Below are positions 24,076-32,000 of a stretch of 32,000 nt of DNA, in pieces; the stretch's first letter is position 1; the number at the start of each line of letters is the position of its first letter. Made by a program: the position numbers and the translations under genes. A model generated the notes under the pieces. The model was not told the origin of the DNA. It did no database searches and saw only the letters and a program-made list of their open reading frames with translations. Source of the DNA: Ruminococcus albus 7 = DSM 20455 (GTDB taxonomy: Bacteria; Bacillota; Clostridia; Oscillospirales; Ruminococcaceae); the NCBI RefSeq assembly GCF_000179635.2, contig NC_014833.1:3150001-3182000 (forward strand), read 5' to 3'.

Positions 24076-25677
24076 CTATTTTTGTGGAGTAATTGCCAGA
24101 AGTCCGTCCTTATCAAGACGTCCTACAAGCTCAGCAGTCTTATTAACGAAATTTACATTGAACACTGCGTAATCCACCGACTTTCCTGTGTCTTCACTTG
24201 TGATTTTAACTAAAAGAGTTTCGATCTTTTTACCGTAGATATCCAGCGTGATCGAGCCGCCTGCGACAGATGCACCATTAGCTATATGCTGGTAAGATAT
24301 AGGGTTACCTTCTTTGAATACATCAACATTATAAGAACCACGCAGGCCTTCGGGCACAGGCAGGCTTATCGTCAGTTCAGAACTAGCGTCGACACTTTTG
24401 GATATGCCGATATTATCATCTTCGCCGTTATTGTTTGAATTCGATGTTTCGCTCTTCGGAGAATTGATTGCGAGCAATCCTTCCGTATCCAGACGGCCTG
24501 CAAGTTCAGCTGTCTTTTTATCATAATTTACATTGAACACTGCGTAATCCACCGACTTGCCTGTTTCATCACTTCTGATCTTCACAGTAAGTGTTTCGGT
24601 CTTTTTACCGGAGATATCCAGATCGATCGTACGGCCTGCATAAGCCTCGCCCTTTAAAATAGCCTTTTGATATACAACATTACCGTCTTTGTATACATCA
24701 ACAGCATACGAACCGTTCAGACCCTCGGGCATAGGCAGACTTACCGTCAGATCAACAGGATCGGACTCACCGGTGGATACATAGATAGTGACTTCGCTGT
24801 CCCTATCAACTCTTCTGTCGCCCTCGATCGACTGATCGATAACCTTGCCCTTGTCACCGTCATGGGGCATTTCCAAAACCTTAACTTTCAGGTCGTTATA
24901 CTCGAGGATATTTGTAGCTCTCTCCTTGGTCAGACCGACAACATCCGGTACCTTTACCTGAGTATCAAGAGGACCCTTGCTGATGTAAAGTGTAACCATA
25001 TCATCGGCTGCAAATTCAGTACCTGCCGCCGGCTCGGTACCTATCGCCTGACCTTCCGAAACTTTATCGTCATACTTGGATCTGAGCATGACAGCAAATC
25101 CTGCAGCTTTAAGCTCACTTTCCGCCGCATCAGACTCATAGCCTGAAACATCAGGCACCTTGACTTTTGTCTTGCCGGCACTGATAAGAAGTTCGACTTC
25201 GTCTTCAGTACCTTCAATCAGTTCGGCACCTATTGCCTTACCCTCAGGCACTGTGAGATCATACTGTGTTCTGAGAGTTACAGTGTAGCCTGCCTCTCTC
25301 AGCACACTCTCTGCATCCGCCGCATCCATACCTGCTACATCCGGTATCGAAGCATAGCTGCCCAGCGGACTTGTACCGTCCTCGGCAGCCGACAAACTGC
25401 TTCCCGGATCTACTCTGTCATATCCGTCTTTGAGTAAATAAACTCCTCCGCCTACCGCAAGTACGCCTGCAATAGCTGCAGCAGCTATCCTGCCGCGTCT
25501 TCTTACCTTTGCCGTACCTGTTACTTTATTATTATCCGTATTGCTGATACTTATTGTTTTGTTCTCCATAATAATATCACCTGCTAAGCCTTTCCGAATG
25601 CGAGCCTTGACAGCGCTGTCTGCACGCACATTATCGAAAGCGGCTGTAAGCTTATTATCAAGATCCTTGTCTGTCAT
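24076..25677 (-). CDS. Putative membrane anti-sigma factor with three extracellular PASTA domains and two duplicated C-terminal beta-rich domains
   Basis: I placed the start at MTDKDLD (ATG 25677), preceded by the RBS GGGAGGGTGAG and 4 nt after the sigma-factor stop. There is one TM helix (IAAAAIAGVLAVGGGVYLL). The three PASTA repeats begin IPDVAGMD, VPDVSGYE and VPDVVGLT. Two ~100-aa repeat domains, 125 aa apart, follow. Confidence 0.75.
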   Translation of the reverse strand: MTDKDLDNKLTAAFDNVRADSAVKARIRKGLAGDIIMENKTISISNTDNNKVTGTAKVRRRGRIAAAAIAGVLAVGGGVYLLKDGYDRVDPGSSLSAAEDGTSPLGSYASIPDVAGMDAADAESVLREAGYTVTLRTQYDLTVPEGKAIGAELIEGTEDEVELLISAGKTKVKVPDVSGYESDAAESELKAAGFAVMLRSKYDDKVSEGQAIGTEPAAGTEFAADDMVTLYISKGPLDTQVKVPDVVGLTKERATNILEYNDLKVKVLEMPHDGDKGKVIDQSIEGDRRVDRDSEVTIYVSTGESDPVDLTVSLPMPEGLNGSYAVDVYKDGNVVYQKAILKGEAYAGRTIDLDISGKKTETLTVKIRSDETGKSVDYAVFNVNYDKKTAELAGRLDTEGLLAINSPKSETSNSNNNGEDDNIGISKSVDASSELTISLPVPEGLRGSYNVDVFKEGNPISYQHIANGASVAGGSITLDIYGKKIETLLVKITSEDTGKSVDYAVFNVNFVNKTAELVGRLDKDGLLAITPQK

Positions 25678-25681
25678 AGTC

Positions 25682-26158
25682 TCACCCTCCCAACTCTTTT
25701 TTAAGCTTTTTTCTTGCACGGTGTATATAGGAATATACTGTATTCTCACGGCATCTCATCAGCTTAGCGGTCTCTGCGGCGGTATAGCCCTCGTAGAGAT
25801 TCAGGTAAACTGCCATTCTTTCATTCTCGGGCAGACGCATCACCGCGTCTATAACCTCCCTGTACTGAAAAGCCACACCCTTATCTGCCGCGGCATCAAG
25901 CTCTACATCTTTCCTGTGATGCCGCCTCAGCATATTCTTGCAGACATTCTGTGCCGTAACTATCAGCCACGCCTTGGTATGCTCTCCCATTTCGGGAACT
26001 TCGTTCGCTTCAAGGTAATGCATGAATACCGTCTGAGCTGCATCTTCCGCATCGGCAGAATGACCGTGGAAATACACGTAGCAGATCCTGTACACCATAT
26101 CAAAATATTCATCATAAACGGCAGCAAAGCCGCTCAGCACGAAACAAGCTGTTTCCAT
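25682..26158 (-). CDS. ECF-type sigma-70 family RNA polymerase sigma factor
   Basis: About 158 aa. Region 2 is DMVYRICYVYFHGHSADAEDAAQTVFMHYL. Region 4 is an HTH (LPENERMAVYLNLYEGYTAAETAKLMRCRENTVYSYIHRARKKL). I prefer ATG 26158 over the listed TTG at 26164. Confidence 0.85.
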   Translation of the reverse strand: METACFVLSGFAAVYDEYFDMVYRICYVYFHGHSADAEDAAQTVFMHYLEANEVPEMGEHTKAWLIVTAQNVCKNMLRRHHRKDVELDAAADKGVAFQYREVIDAVMRLPENERMAVYLNLYEGYTAAETAKLMRCRENTVYSYIHRARKKLKKELGG

Positions 26159-26369
26159 AGTCAAACCACCCCCTTACTGTCCGCCGCCAAGGGGGAAGGC
26201 AGCGGTCGTTTTTGGTTTTCTGTATATAATACGTTTGAGAACTGCATTTCCTTGCAGCAAAAAAATATTTTTTTGAAAAAATTATTTCGATGTGCCAAAA
26301 CAAAGCTTTTACCGCATTTTATACCGATATTTTTATTCTGCAACAGACGATATTTTATGACATAACATA

Positions 26370-26396
26370 AGCGCAGGCAAAGATCATGCCCACGCT
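26370..26396 (-). terminator. Weak candidate terminator after araD
   Basis: In minus-strand RNA a 10-bp stem with two G-U pairs has a 7-nt loop and a moderately U-rich tail. Confidence 0.35.
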
Positions 26397-26420
26397 CATT
26401 ACCTTATGATCGTACATTCT

Positions 26421-27110
26421 TCAGTTCTGTCCGTAGTAAGCATTTTTGCCATGCTTGCGCAGATAGTGCTTGTCAAGGAGTTCCTGCTGTATCGGTGCGA
26501 TACCAGGATTCAGCATAACTGTATGGAAATTCATGAATGCCGCTTCTTCAAGTACAACAGAATTGTGTACCGCATCAAATGCATCCTTGCCCCATGTGAA
26601 AGGTCCGTGGCTGTGTACAAGCACTGCGGGTATGCTCATAGGGTCGATGCCCTTGAAACGCTCAATTATGACCGTTCCTGTTTCTTTTTCGTACTCCCCT
26701 GCTATCTCCTCGGGAGTCATCTTTCGGGTGCAGGGTATCTCACCGTAGAAATAATCGCCCTGTGTTGTGCCGTATGGGATAACGCCCTTGCCTGCCTGGG
26801 CAAAGCTGGCAGCCCACTTGCTGTGGGTGTGTACTATTCCGCCTACCTCAGCAAATGCCTTGTAAAGCTCCAGATGTGTAGGTGTGTCGCTCGATGGCTT
26901 GTAATGACCCTCAACAACATTTCCGTCAAGGTCAACTACAACCATATCTTCTGCTTTCATTCCATCATATTCAACACCTGAGGGCTTTATAACTACAAGT
27001 CCACTCTCACGGTCGATCTCGGAAACATTTCCCCAGGTAAATTTTACAAGTCCGTACTTGGGCAGAAGCAGATTAGCTTCCAGTACTTTCTGTTTGAGTT
27101 CTTCTAACAT
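26421..27110 (-). CDS. araD: L-ribulose-5-phosphate 4-epimerase
   Basis: I placed the start at [14 protein letters not shown] (ATG 27110), preceded by the [41 protein letters not shown] and HGPFTWG match the AraD / class II aldolase family end to end. Confidence 0.9.
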   Translation of the reverse strand: MLEELKQKVLEANLLLPKYGLVKFTWGNVSEIDRESGLVVIKPSGVEYDGMKAEDMVVVDLDGNVVEGHYKPSSDTPTHLELYKAFAEVGGIVHTHSKWAASFAQAGKGVIPYGTTQGDYFYGEIPCTRKMTPEEIAGEYEKETGTVIIERFKGIDPMSIPAVLVHSHGPFTWGKDAFDAVHNSVVLEEAAFMNFHTVMLNPGIAPIQQELLDKHYLRKHGKNAYYGQN

Positions 27111-27132
27111 GATCTTACCTCCTGTTATACTA

Positions 27133-27585
27133 CTAGAAATTATAACACATAAAATTGCCGTTCTTTTTGAACCCGAAATCGGTATACAAAAGCACGCCCA
27201 TATCCGACGCAGTAATGTGCACCGCCCCGCATCCTGCTTTTCTTGCTTCATCGACTACCAGCGACAGTAACTTTTTCGCTATGCCTTTTCTTCTGTACGA
27301 TGGGTCTGTGAACATACTTGAAAGCAGTCCCAGTTTACCCGACGGGCAGCTGAAATAGGGCGGTTTCTCAACTATGGACATTCCGCTGGTACCGATTATC
27401 CTGTCACCGTCCAGCGCCAGCCACGAAACGAAGGTTCCGTCAGCCATATGCCTTTTGTAATAGTTCGCAAGGTTCGGGCGCAGGTCGATATCCTCCTTTG
27501 CACCCTCCTCCCGAAGCTGTGTTATACGCATGGTTATAAAAGTATCAAGGTCTTTTTCTTCGAGTTTTCTGTAGGTTATCTCCAT
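27133..27585 (-). CDS. GNAT-family N-acetyltransferase
   Basis: 150 aa. The acetyl-CoA binding motif A is [11 protein letters not shown], within typical GNAT beta-alpha topology. Confidence 0.85.
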   Translation of the reverse strand: MEITYRKLEEKDLDTFITMRITQLREEGAKEDIDLRPNLANYYKRHMADGTFVSWLALDGDRIIGTSGMSIVEKPPYFSCPSGKLGLLSSMFTDPSYRRKGIAKKLLSLVVDEARKAGCGAVHITASDMGVLLYTDFGFKKNGNFMCYNF

Positions 27586-27964
27586 CGTTTTTCTTGCCTT
27601 TCTTCTTATCCGTCAGCTGAAAGCTCTGCTCGATAAGCCCGAATATCTCGCCTTCCTCTATCTCGCTGTCGATGAGTATGCTCACCCACAGCCGCTTATT
27701 CATGTGGTACGCACGCAGAAAGCTCTCCCGCTGTACCAGTATATCTACCAACAGAGGGTCACACTTGACATTCATAACATCGACAGTACCCTCGCCTTCT
27801 ATACCAAGTGTACTGCATTTGACTTTCATTATTATGCCAAACCATTTCTTCGTATCGTTATGACGGAAAACAGCTGTGTCGAAATCCCCCTCAAAGAGGT
27901 ATTCGGGAGATACGCTGTATTCACTTTTTATATGTGCGATAACTGTTTCTCTTCTGCTTATCAT
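27545..27964 (-). CDS. MmcQ/YjbR-family protein
   Basis: 139 aa. AVFRHNDTKKWFGIIM ... NVKCDP ... YHMNKRLWVSILID matches the YjbR family pattern. The basic tail overlaps the GNAT gene by 41 nt. Confidence 0.7.
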   Translation of the reverse strand: MISRRETVIAHIKSEYSVSPEYLFEGDFDTAVFRHNDTKKWFGIIMKVKCSTLGIEGEGTVDVMNVKCDPLLVDILVQRESFLRAYHMNKRLWVSILIDSEIEEGEIFGLIEQSFQLTDKKKGKKNDGDNLQKTRRKRP

Positions 27965-27982
27965 TTTGTTCCAAGCCAGCTT

Positions 27983-29563
27983 TTATATCTCTCCGAAAGC
28001 CTTAGCACCTGCCAGACCTGCGGAGTAGTTTACCATATACTTCTTCCAGCCTGCATTACCTGCGGCATCGGGCAAAAGTGTTGACTTCTCCATGCCTGCG
28101 AAAGCACGCTTTTCTAGCCAGTCAGCAAGAGTTTCGCCCTGCTTTTCGATACCGAAAGCCGCCAGCAGAGCCATGCCCCATGCGCCGCCCTCGCCTGCGG
28201 TAGACATTACGCTCACATCGCTGTTAAGTGCGTCAGCAAGCATTTGCTGAGCCACGCCCTTAACCTTGAAAAGTCCGCCATGACCTGTTATGCTCTTAGG
28301 CTGAACGCCCTCTTTTTCAAAGAGGATATCGTTGCCCGCTTTCAGTGCCGCCATAGCACCGTAGAGTTCAGCGCGGAAGAAATCTGCCAATGACATAGTA
28401 CTGTCGGGCTGACGGAAGTATGCAGGCTTGCCGTTTGCAAGACCTACAACAGGCTCGCCCGATATAGTATTATATGAAACCACGCCTCCGCAGTCGGGAG
28501 CGCCATTCAGAGCGTTCTTATACAGCAGTTCATAAGCTGTCGATACATCAACGGGATCACCTGTCAGCTTAGAGAACTCTATGAACATATTCACCCACTT
28601 GTCCAGTTCACCGCAGCAGTTGTTGCAGTGGACCATAGCAACATCTGCGCCGTCGGGAGTGGTAACAACATCTATCTGAGGATAATGACCTTTCATGGGC
28701 TTTTCAAGCACTATCATCGAGAATATGGAAGTACCTGCCGAAACATTTCCTGTACCCTCACGAACTGCATTTGTTGCCGCCATGCCTGTACCTGCATCAC
28801 CCTCGGGAGGACAGAAAGGCACACCTGCTTTAAGATTTCCCGAGGGGTCGAGAAGCTTTGCGCCCGATTCGGTAAGTTTAGCTGTGCTGCCCTCCATAGC
28901 AGTATGTACCGCAGGCAGGATATCAGCGATATCCCAGCCGAAAACCTTCACCTTATCAAGTCCGCGGAATTCAGCCAGCATATCCTTGTCATAATCGCCG
29001 TCCCTGACAGGGAACATCCCCGAAGCATCACCAATGCCCAGTTCTCTTTCGCCTGTCAGCAGGAAGTGTACATATCCTGCAAGGGTATTTATATGAGCGA
29101 TATCCTTAACGTGTTCCTCGCCGTTCAGTATAGCCTGATACAGGTGAGCAATACTCCATCTTTCGGGGATATTGAAGCCGAAAAGCTCGGTGAGCTCTGC
29201 TGCAGCTTCGCCTGTGATGGTGTTTCTCCATGTTCTGAAAGGCACCAGCAGTTCATCATTTTTATCAAAAGCAAGATATCCATGCATCATGGCAGATATA
29301 CCCATACCTTTGAAAGTTGTCAGTTCAACACCGAATTTATCTGCAACATCTTTTCTGAGGTCTGCATAGCAATCCTGCAAACCACTGATGATATCTTCTT
29401 TTGAATAAGTCCACACACCGTTTTCGAGCCTGTTTTCCCAGCTGTGAGCGCCGCCCGCTACGGGGACAAGGTTTTCGTCCACCAGGCAAGCCTTGATACG
29501 TGTCGAGCCGAATTCAATACCCAGATATGCCTTACCCTGTTCGATGATCTCTTTAGTAGTCAT
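27983..29563 (-). CDS. FGGY-family carbohydrate kinase, probably an L-ribulokinase of the Bacteroides/Clostridia type
   Basis: 526 aa. The N-terminal ATPase phosphate-1 motif is LGIEFGSTRIKACLVD. The C-terminal FGGY_C motif is GHGGLFK. It lies in the same strand block as araD. Confidence 0.8.
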   Translation of the reverse strand: MTTKEIIEQGKAYLGIEFGSTRIKACLVDENLVPVAGGAHSWENRLENGVWTYSKEDIISGLQDCYADLRKDVADKFGVELTTFKGMGISAMMHGYLAFDKNDELLVPFRTWRNTITGEAAAELTELFGFNIPERWSIAHLYQAILNGEEHVKDIAHINTLAGYVHFLLTGERELGIGDASGMFPVRDGDYDKDMLAEFRGLDKVKVFGWDIADILPAVHTAMEGSTAKLTESGAKLLDPSGNLKAGVPFCPPEGDAGTGMAATNAVREGTGNVSAGTSIFSMIVLEKPMKGHYPQIDVVTTPDGADVAMVHCNNCCGELDKWVNMFIEFSKLTGDPVDVSTAYELLYKNALNGAPDCGGVVSYNTISGEPVVGLANGKPAYFRQPDSTMSLADFFRAELYGAMAALKAGNDILFEKEGVQPKSITGHGGLFKVKGVAQQMLADALNSDVSVMSTAGEGGAWGMALLAAFGIEKQGETLADWLEKRAFAGMEKSTLLPDAAGNAGWKKYMVNYSAGLAGAKAFGEI

Positions 29564-29597
29564 GTCGATTCTCCTTTACGATATGATTTTTTACGTT

Positions 29598-30212
29598 TCA
29601 ATTATTGTTAGTTTTTTTCGGAAGGTCCGCTTTATCATTGAATATGCTTTCATAGCCTGTAGCTATGGCTTTTCCCGATGCCAGCTCCATATATCTCTCC
29701 GCGTCCTTTGATTTCATTATACGCAGATCGCGGTCAGCACTGTGCTTATCAAACGGAAACCTCGGAAGACTTCTCAGCAGTTCAAGATCCGAAAGCACCA
29801 CACCCAGTCTGAAATACGCAAACAGCAGATATGCCAGCATCAGCAATATCTCAGCTGTAAATTCACCAAACAGATACATCACGAAGGGCACCATCAATGC
29901 CGTCGGGAAAAACATGAGCCAGCGCCGTCTGATGCCGACAGTGCTCATCACCACACCACTGACAGCAAAGCCGATATAGTAAAATGCCCTGCCCGCAGTA
30001 AAGCTCATAGCGCCCTTGACAAAACCCGAAGCTTCATATGTCAGAAAGCTCGTCCAGCCGATAAATCCATATACCACCAGTGCAGGCAGCAGAGGTACGA
30101 ACGTCATACGCGCCAGCCGCTTCTGCTCCTTCAGCCTTTTGCGGTATATATCTTTCAATTCCTCGTCAGGCATAGTCAGACAGCATTCATGAAGATCCTC
30201 CATATCATTCAC
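29598..30212 (-). CDS. Hypothetical membrane protein (about 4 TM helices)
   Basis: 204 aa with a hydrophobic core and charged termini. A -10 TATAAT with an upstream TGg extension lies on the minus strand (TATAAT at 30237-30242, TGg at 30243-30245). The antisense ORF is Lys/Arg/His/Gln-rich junk. Confidence 0.6.
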   Translation of the reverse strand: MNDMEDLHECCLTMPDEELKDIYRKRLKEQKRLARMTFVPLLPALVVYGFIGWTSFLTYEASGFVKGAMSFTAGRAFYYIGFAVSGVVMSTVGIRRRWLMFFPTALMVPFVMYLFGEFTAEILLMLAYLLFAYFRLGVVLSDLELLRSLPRFPFDKHSADRDLRIMKSKDAERYMELASGKAIATGYESIFNDKADLPKKTNNN

Positions 30213-30374
30213 TCCTTAAAATTGTACTTACAACTCATTATACCACATCACAGAGGTAATTACAAGTCAATGATCGTTGATCTTTATTCATAAATTGTTG
30301 TGTTTTTCACCAATGATACGCTCCATATGATCTCAAACCAGAACATATATTCCACACGGAACATTTTTACCTAC

Positions 30375-30410
30375 GCAAAAGGAGCAGTAATGCATCACAT
30401 TACTGCTCCC
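30375..30410 (-). terminator. Rho-independent terminator after the ABC permease gene
   Basis: A perfect 12-bp stem, ggagcagtaatg / cattactgctcc (30381-30409), is followed on the minus strand by UUUUG. Confidence 0.75.
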
Positions 30411-30416
30411 GAAATA

Positions 30417-32000
30417 TCATTCAACAGATTTAAGGCTCTCTGCCATATTTATCTTCTCCAGCTTGTTTTCCATTACAAGATTTACCAGAAGATTGAATAT
30501 GACCGTAAGACCTATGCTGTATATGTAGCTCTTGAAAAGTATACGTTCCTTGAAGCATACCATATCAACGACCAGGTAGGACATTACAAAGTGCAGCAGC
30601 ATATTTCCCAGCACCAGACCCACAGCTATGCCGAGCCCTGTCAGGAACAGGTTCTCTCTCAGCACATAAGCCGAAGTTTCTTTCTTGAAGAATCCCAGCA
30701 CCTTTATGGTGGCTATCTCCCTTTCCCTTTCGGTGATGTTTATATTTGTCAGGTTGTAAAGAACGATGAATGCCAGCAGTGCCGCACAGATTATGACCAG
30801 CAGCACCACGTAGTCTAGTGAAGCCATCGAATCTGTCATACGCTTTTTTACATCCTCGAACAGCGTGACATTCTTTACACTTTTCAGTTTCGATATATCT
30901 GTCTGTGCCTTGTAAGCATCCGTATTCTCAGGGAAGTTTATATAAGCTTCATTCAGCCCGACCTTCTCGCCAAGCTGTCTTTCCACAGCTTCATACGGCA
31001 CAAAAACATAGTTGTATACATGATTATCGAATACTGCCTTGACCTTGAATTCCATGACACGCATATTCTCATCGCGCAGTGTGATGGTGTCGCCATCTTT
31101 CACACCGTATCTGTTCATGATACTTACGCATACAAGTGCCTCATCACCCACGGGAGCATCTATACTGCTGCCATCGGGTCTGTTGAAATTCATACTTCCT
31201 TCAAGCTCTGCAAAATCAACAGGCGCAACAAGGCTTATGCTCTTTACAGCATCCTTTGTCACCAGATCCCATGAACCTGTATAAAGCTCAGCATAGGAAG
31301 CACCTGTATTATCCAGCTTTTCTTTGAGCTCAACGGGCATATCACCGCTGCTGTCGGATGAATAAGTGACCGAAGCATCCGCAGTTACGATCTCCTCATA
31401 CTGTACCACCGCAAAATCTCCGACCGAGTCGGACATACCGAATCCCGTGAGAAGCAGTGCCGTACAGCCGCTTATACCCACAACCATCATAAAGAATCTC
31501 TTCTTGTAACGGAAGATATTTCTTATGGATACCTTGTGAAGGAATTTCATTTTGTTCCATATAAAGGGTATACGCTCCAGCAGCACCCTTTTGCCTGCCT
31601 TAGGCGCTTTCGGGCGCATAAGTTCTGCTGCTGTTTCATTAAGCTCATATCTGCAGGACAGCCACGCCGCACCCACCGAGCATATCAGCGATACCGCACC
31701 TGCCAGCAGCGCAAGTTTCCAGTCAAAGAGATATTCAACATCAAGCTCGATATACATAAGCTTATAGTTCATCCATATTACCTGCGGGAATATATACGTT
31801 CCCAGTGCATATCCCAATGACCAGCCCAGTACTGCCGCACTGCCGGCATACAGCGTGAACTTGCTCATTATCGCCCTTTCAGAATATCCCAGTGCTTTGA
31901 GAGTTCCTATCTGGGTACGTCTTTCCTCAACCATACGGCTCATGGTGGTCATACACACAAGCGCCGCCACAAGTATGAAGAATACAGGAAACACCTTTGC
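30417..32000 (-). CDS. FtsX/MacB-type ABC transporter permease with duplicated FtsX domains (5' end lies outside the window)
   Basis: The frame stays open to base 32000. The first FtsX-domain motif is RRTQIGTLKALGYS and the second is EREREIATIKVLGFF. A large extracytoplasmic domain separates them. Confidence 0.85.
   Translation of the reverse strand, partial: AKVFPVFFILVAALVCMTTMSRMVEERRTQIGTLKALGYSERAIMSKFTLYAGSAAVLGWSLGYALGTYIFPQVIWMNYKLMYIELDVEYLFDWKLALLAGAVSLICSVGAAWLSCRYELNETAAELMRPKAPKAGKRVLLERIPFIWNKMKFLHKVSIRNIFRYKKRFFMMVVGISGCTALLLTGFGMSDSVGDFAVVQYEEIVTADASVTYSSDSSGDMPVELKEKLDNTGASYAELYTGSWDLVTKDAVKSISLVAPVDFAELEGSMNFNRPDGSSIDAPVGDEALVCVSIMNRYGVKDGDTITLRDENMRVMEFKVKAVFDNHVYNYVFVPYEAVERQLGEKVGLNEAYINFPENTDAYKAQTDISKLKSVKNVTLFEDVKKRMTDSMASLDYVVLLVIICAALLAFIVLYNLTNINITEREREIATIKVLGFFKKETSAYVLRENLFLTGLGIAVGLVLGNMLLHFVMSYLVVDMVCFKERILFKSYIYSIGLTVIFNLLVNLVMENKLEKINMAESLKSVE

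Noticed and set aside
26196-26340. An autoregulated ECF-type promoter (GAAC-N16/17-CGTC-like) was expected upstream of the sigma gene.
   Set aside because: I found only weak candidates, such as GGAAAT ... CGTATT with too short a spacer. None is good enough to report.
25541-26365. A 274-aa plus-strand ORF spanning the sigma / anti-sigma junction.
   Set aside because: It is antisense to two well-supported genes and extends into the intergenic region. It has no RBS or recognisable domain.
28628-29404. A 258-aa plus-strand ORF.
   Set aside because: It is antisense to the FGGY kinase gene and is a Cys/His/Ile-rich shadow ORF.
29742-30818. Plus-strand ORFs of 183 aa and 172 aa.
   Set aside because: They are antisense to the 204-aa membrane protein and to the FtsX permease. 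Their His/Gln/Lys/Arg-rich composition is typical of the reverse frame of hydrophobic genes.
1-32000. A window-wide search for CRISPR arrays, transposases, integrases, prophage genes, restriction-modification genes or known anti-phage defence genes.
   Set aside because: None was found. There are no regularly spaced direct repeats and no recombinase or nuclease-type ORFs apart from TatD, which is housekeeping. The region reads as core chromosome rather than as an accessory island.

Overview
This window looks like an ordinary chromosomal region of a Clostridia-type Firmicute, possibly Ruminococcus or another Oscillospiraceae member. That guess rests on mid-40s % GC (judged by eye), gene content and Thr/Glu-rich lipoprotein linkers. 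Coding density is high, with about 34 CDS and one tRNA-Leu(CAA). I saw no transposase, integrase, phage gene, CRISPR array or recognisable defence gene. Most genes are housekeeping or envelope functions: SulP anion transporter, AEC transporter, acyl-ACP thioesterase, a Wzz/BY-kinase pair, AcpS, Nnr, a permuted GH3 beta-glucosidase, RqcH, a Nudix hydrolase, a GT2 transferase, TatD, AraD with an FGGY kinase, a GNAT, and an FtsX-type ABC permease. Three signalling modules stand out. None is a proven novelty. (1) A stand-alone CheY is translationally coupled to a protein that joins two tandem 24-residue MshEN-type c-di-GMP-binding motifs, separated by a 5-residue spacer, to a CheX-type CheY-P phosphatase domain. 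(2) An ECF sigma factor is paired with a membrane protein whose ectodomain has three PASTA domains plus two duplicated beta-rich domains, resembling a PrkC sensor attached to an anti-sigma N-terminus. (3) An XRE helix-turn-helix regulator is fused to a desulfoferrodoxin-like domain with Cys4 and His/Cys metal sites. A further item is a 156-bp element in the SulP leader, bounded by inverted repeats and a 14-bp direct repeat. All family calls come from reading motifs by eye; no database search was run.
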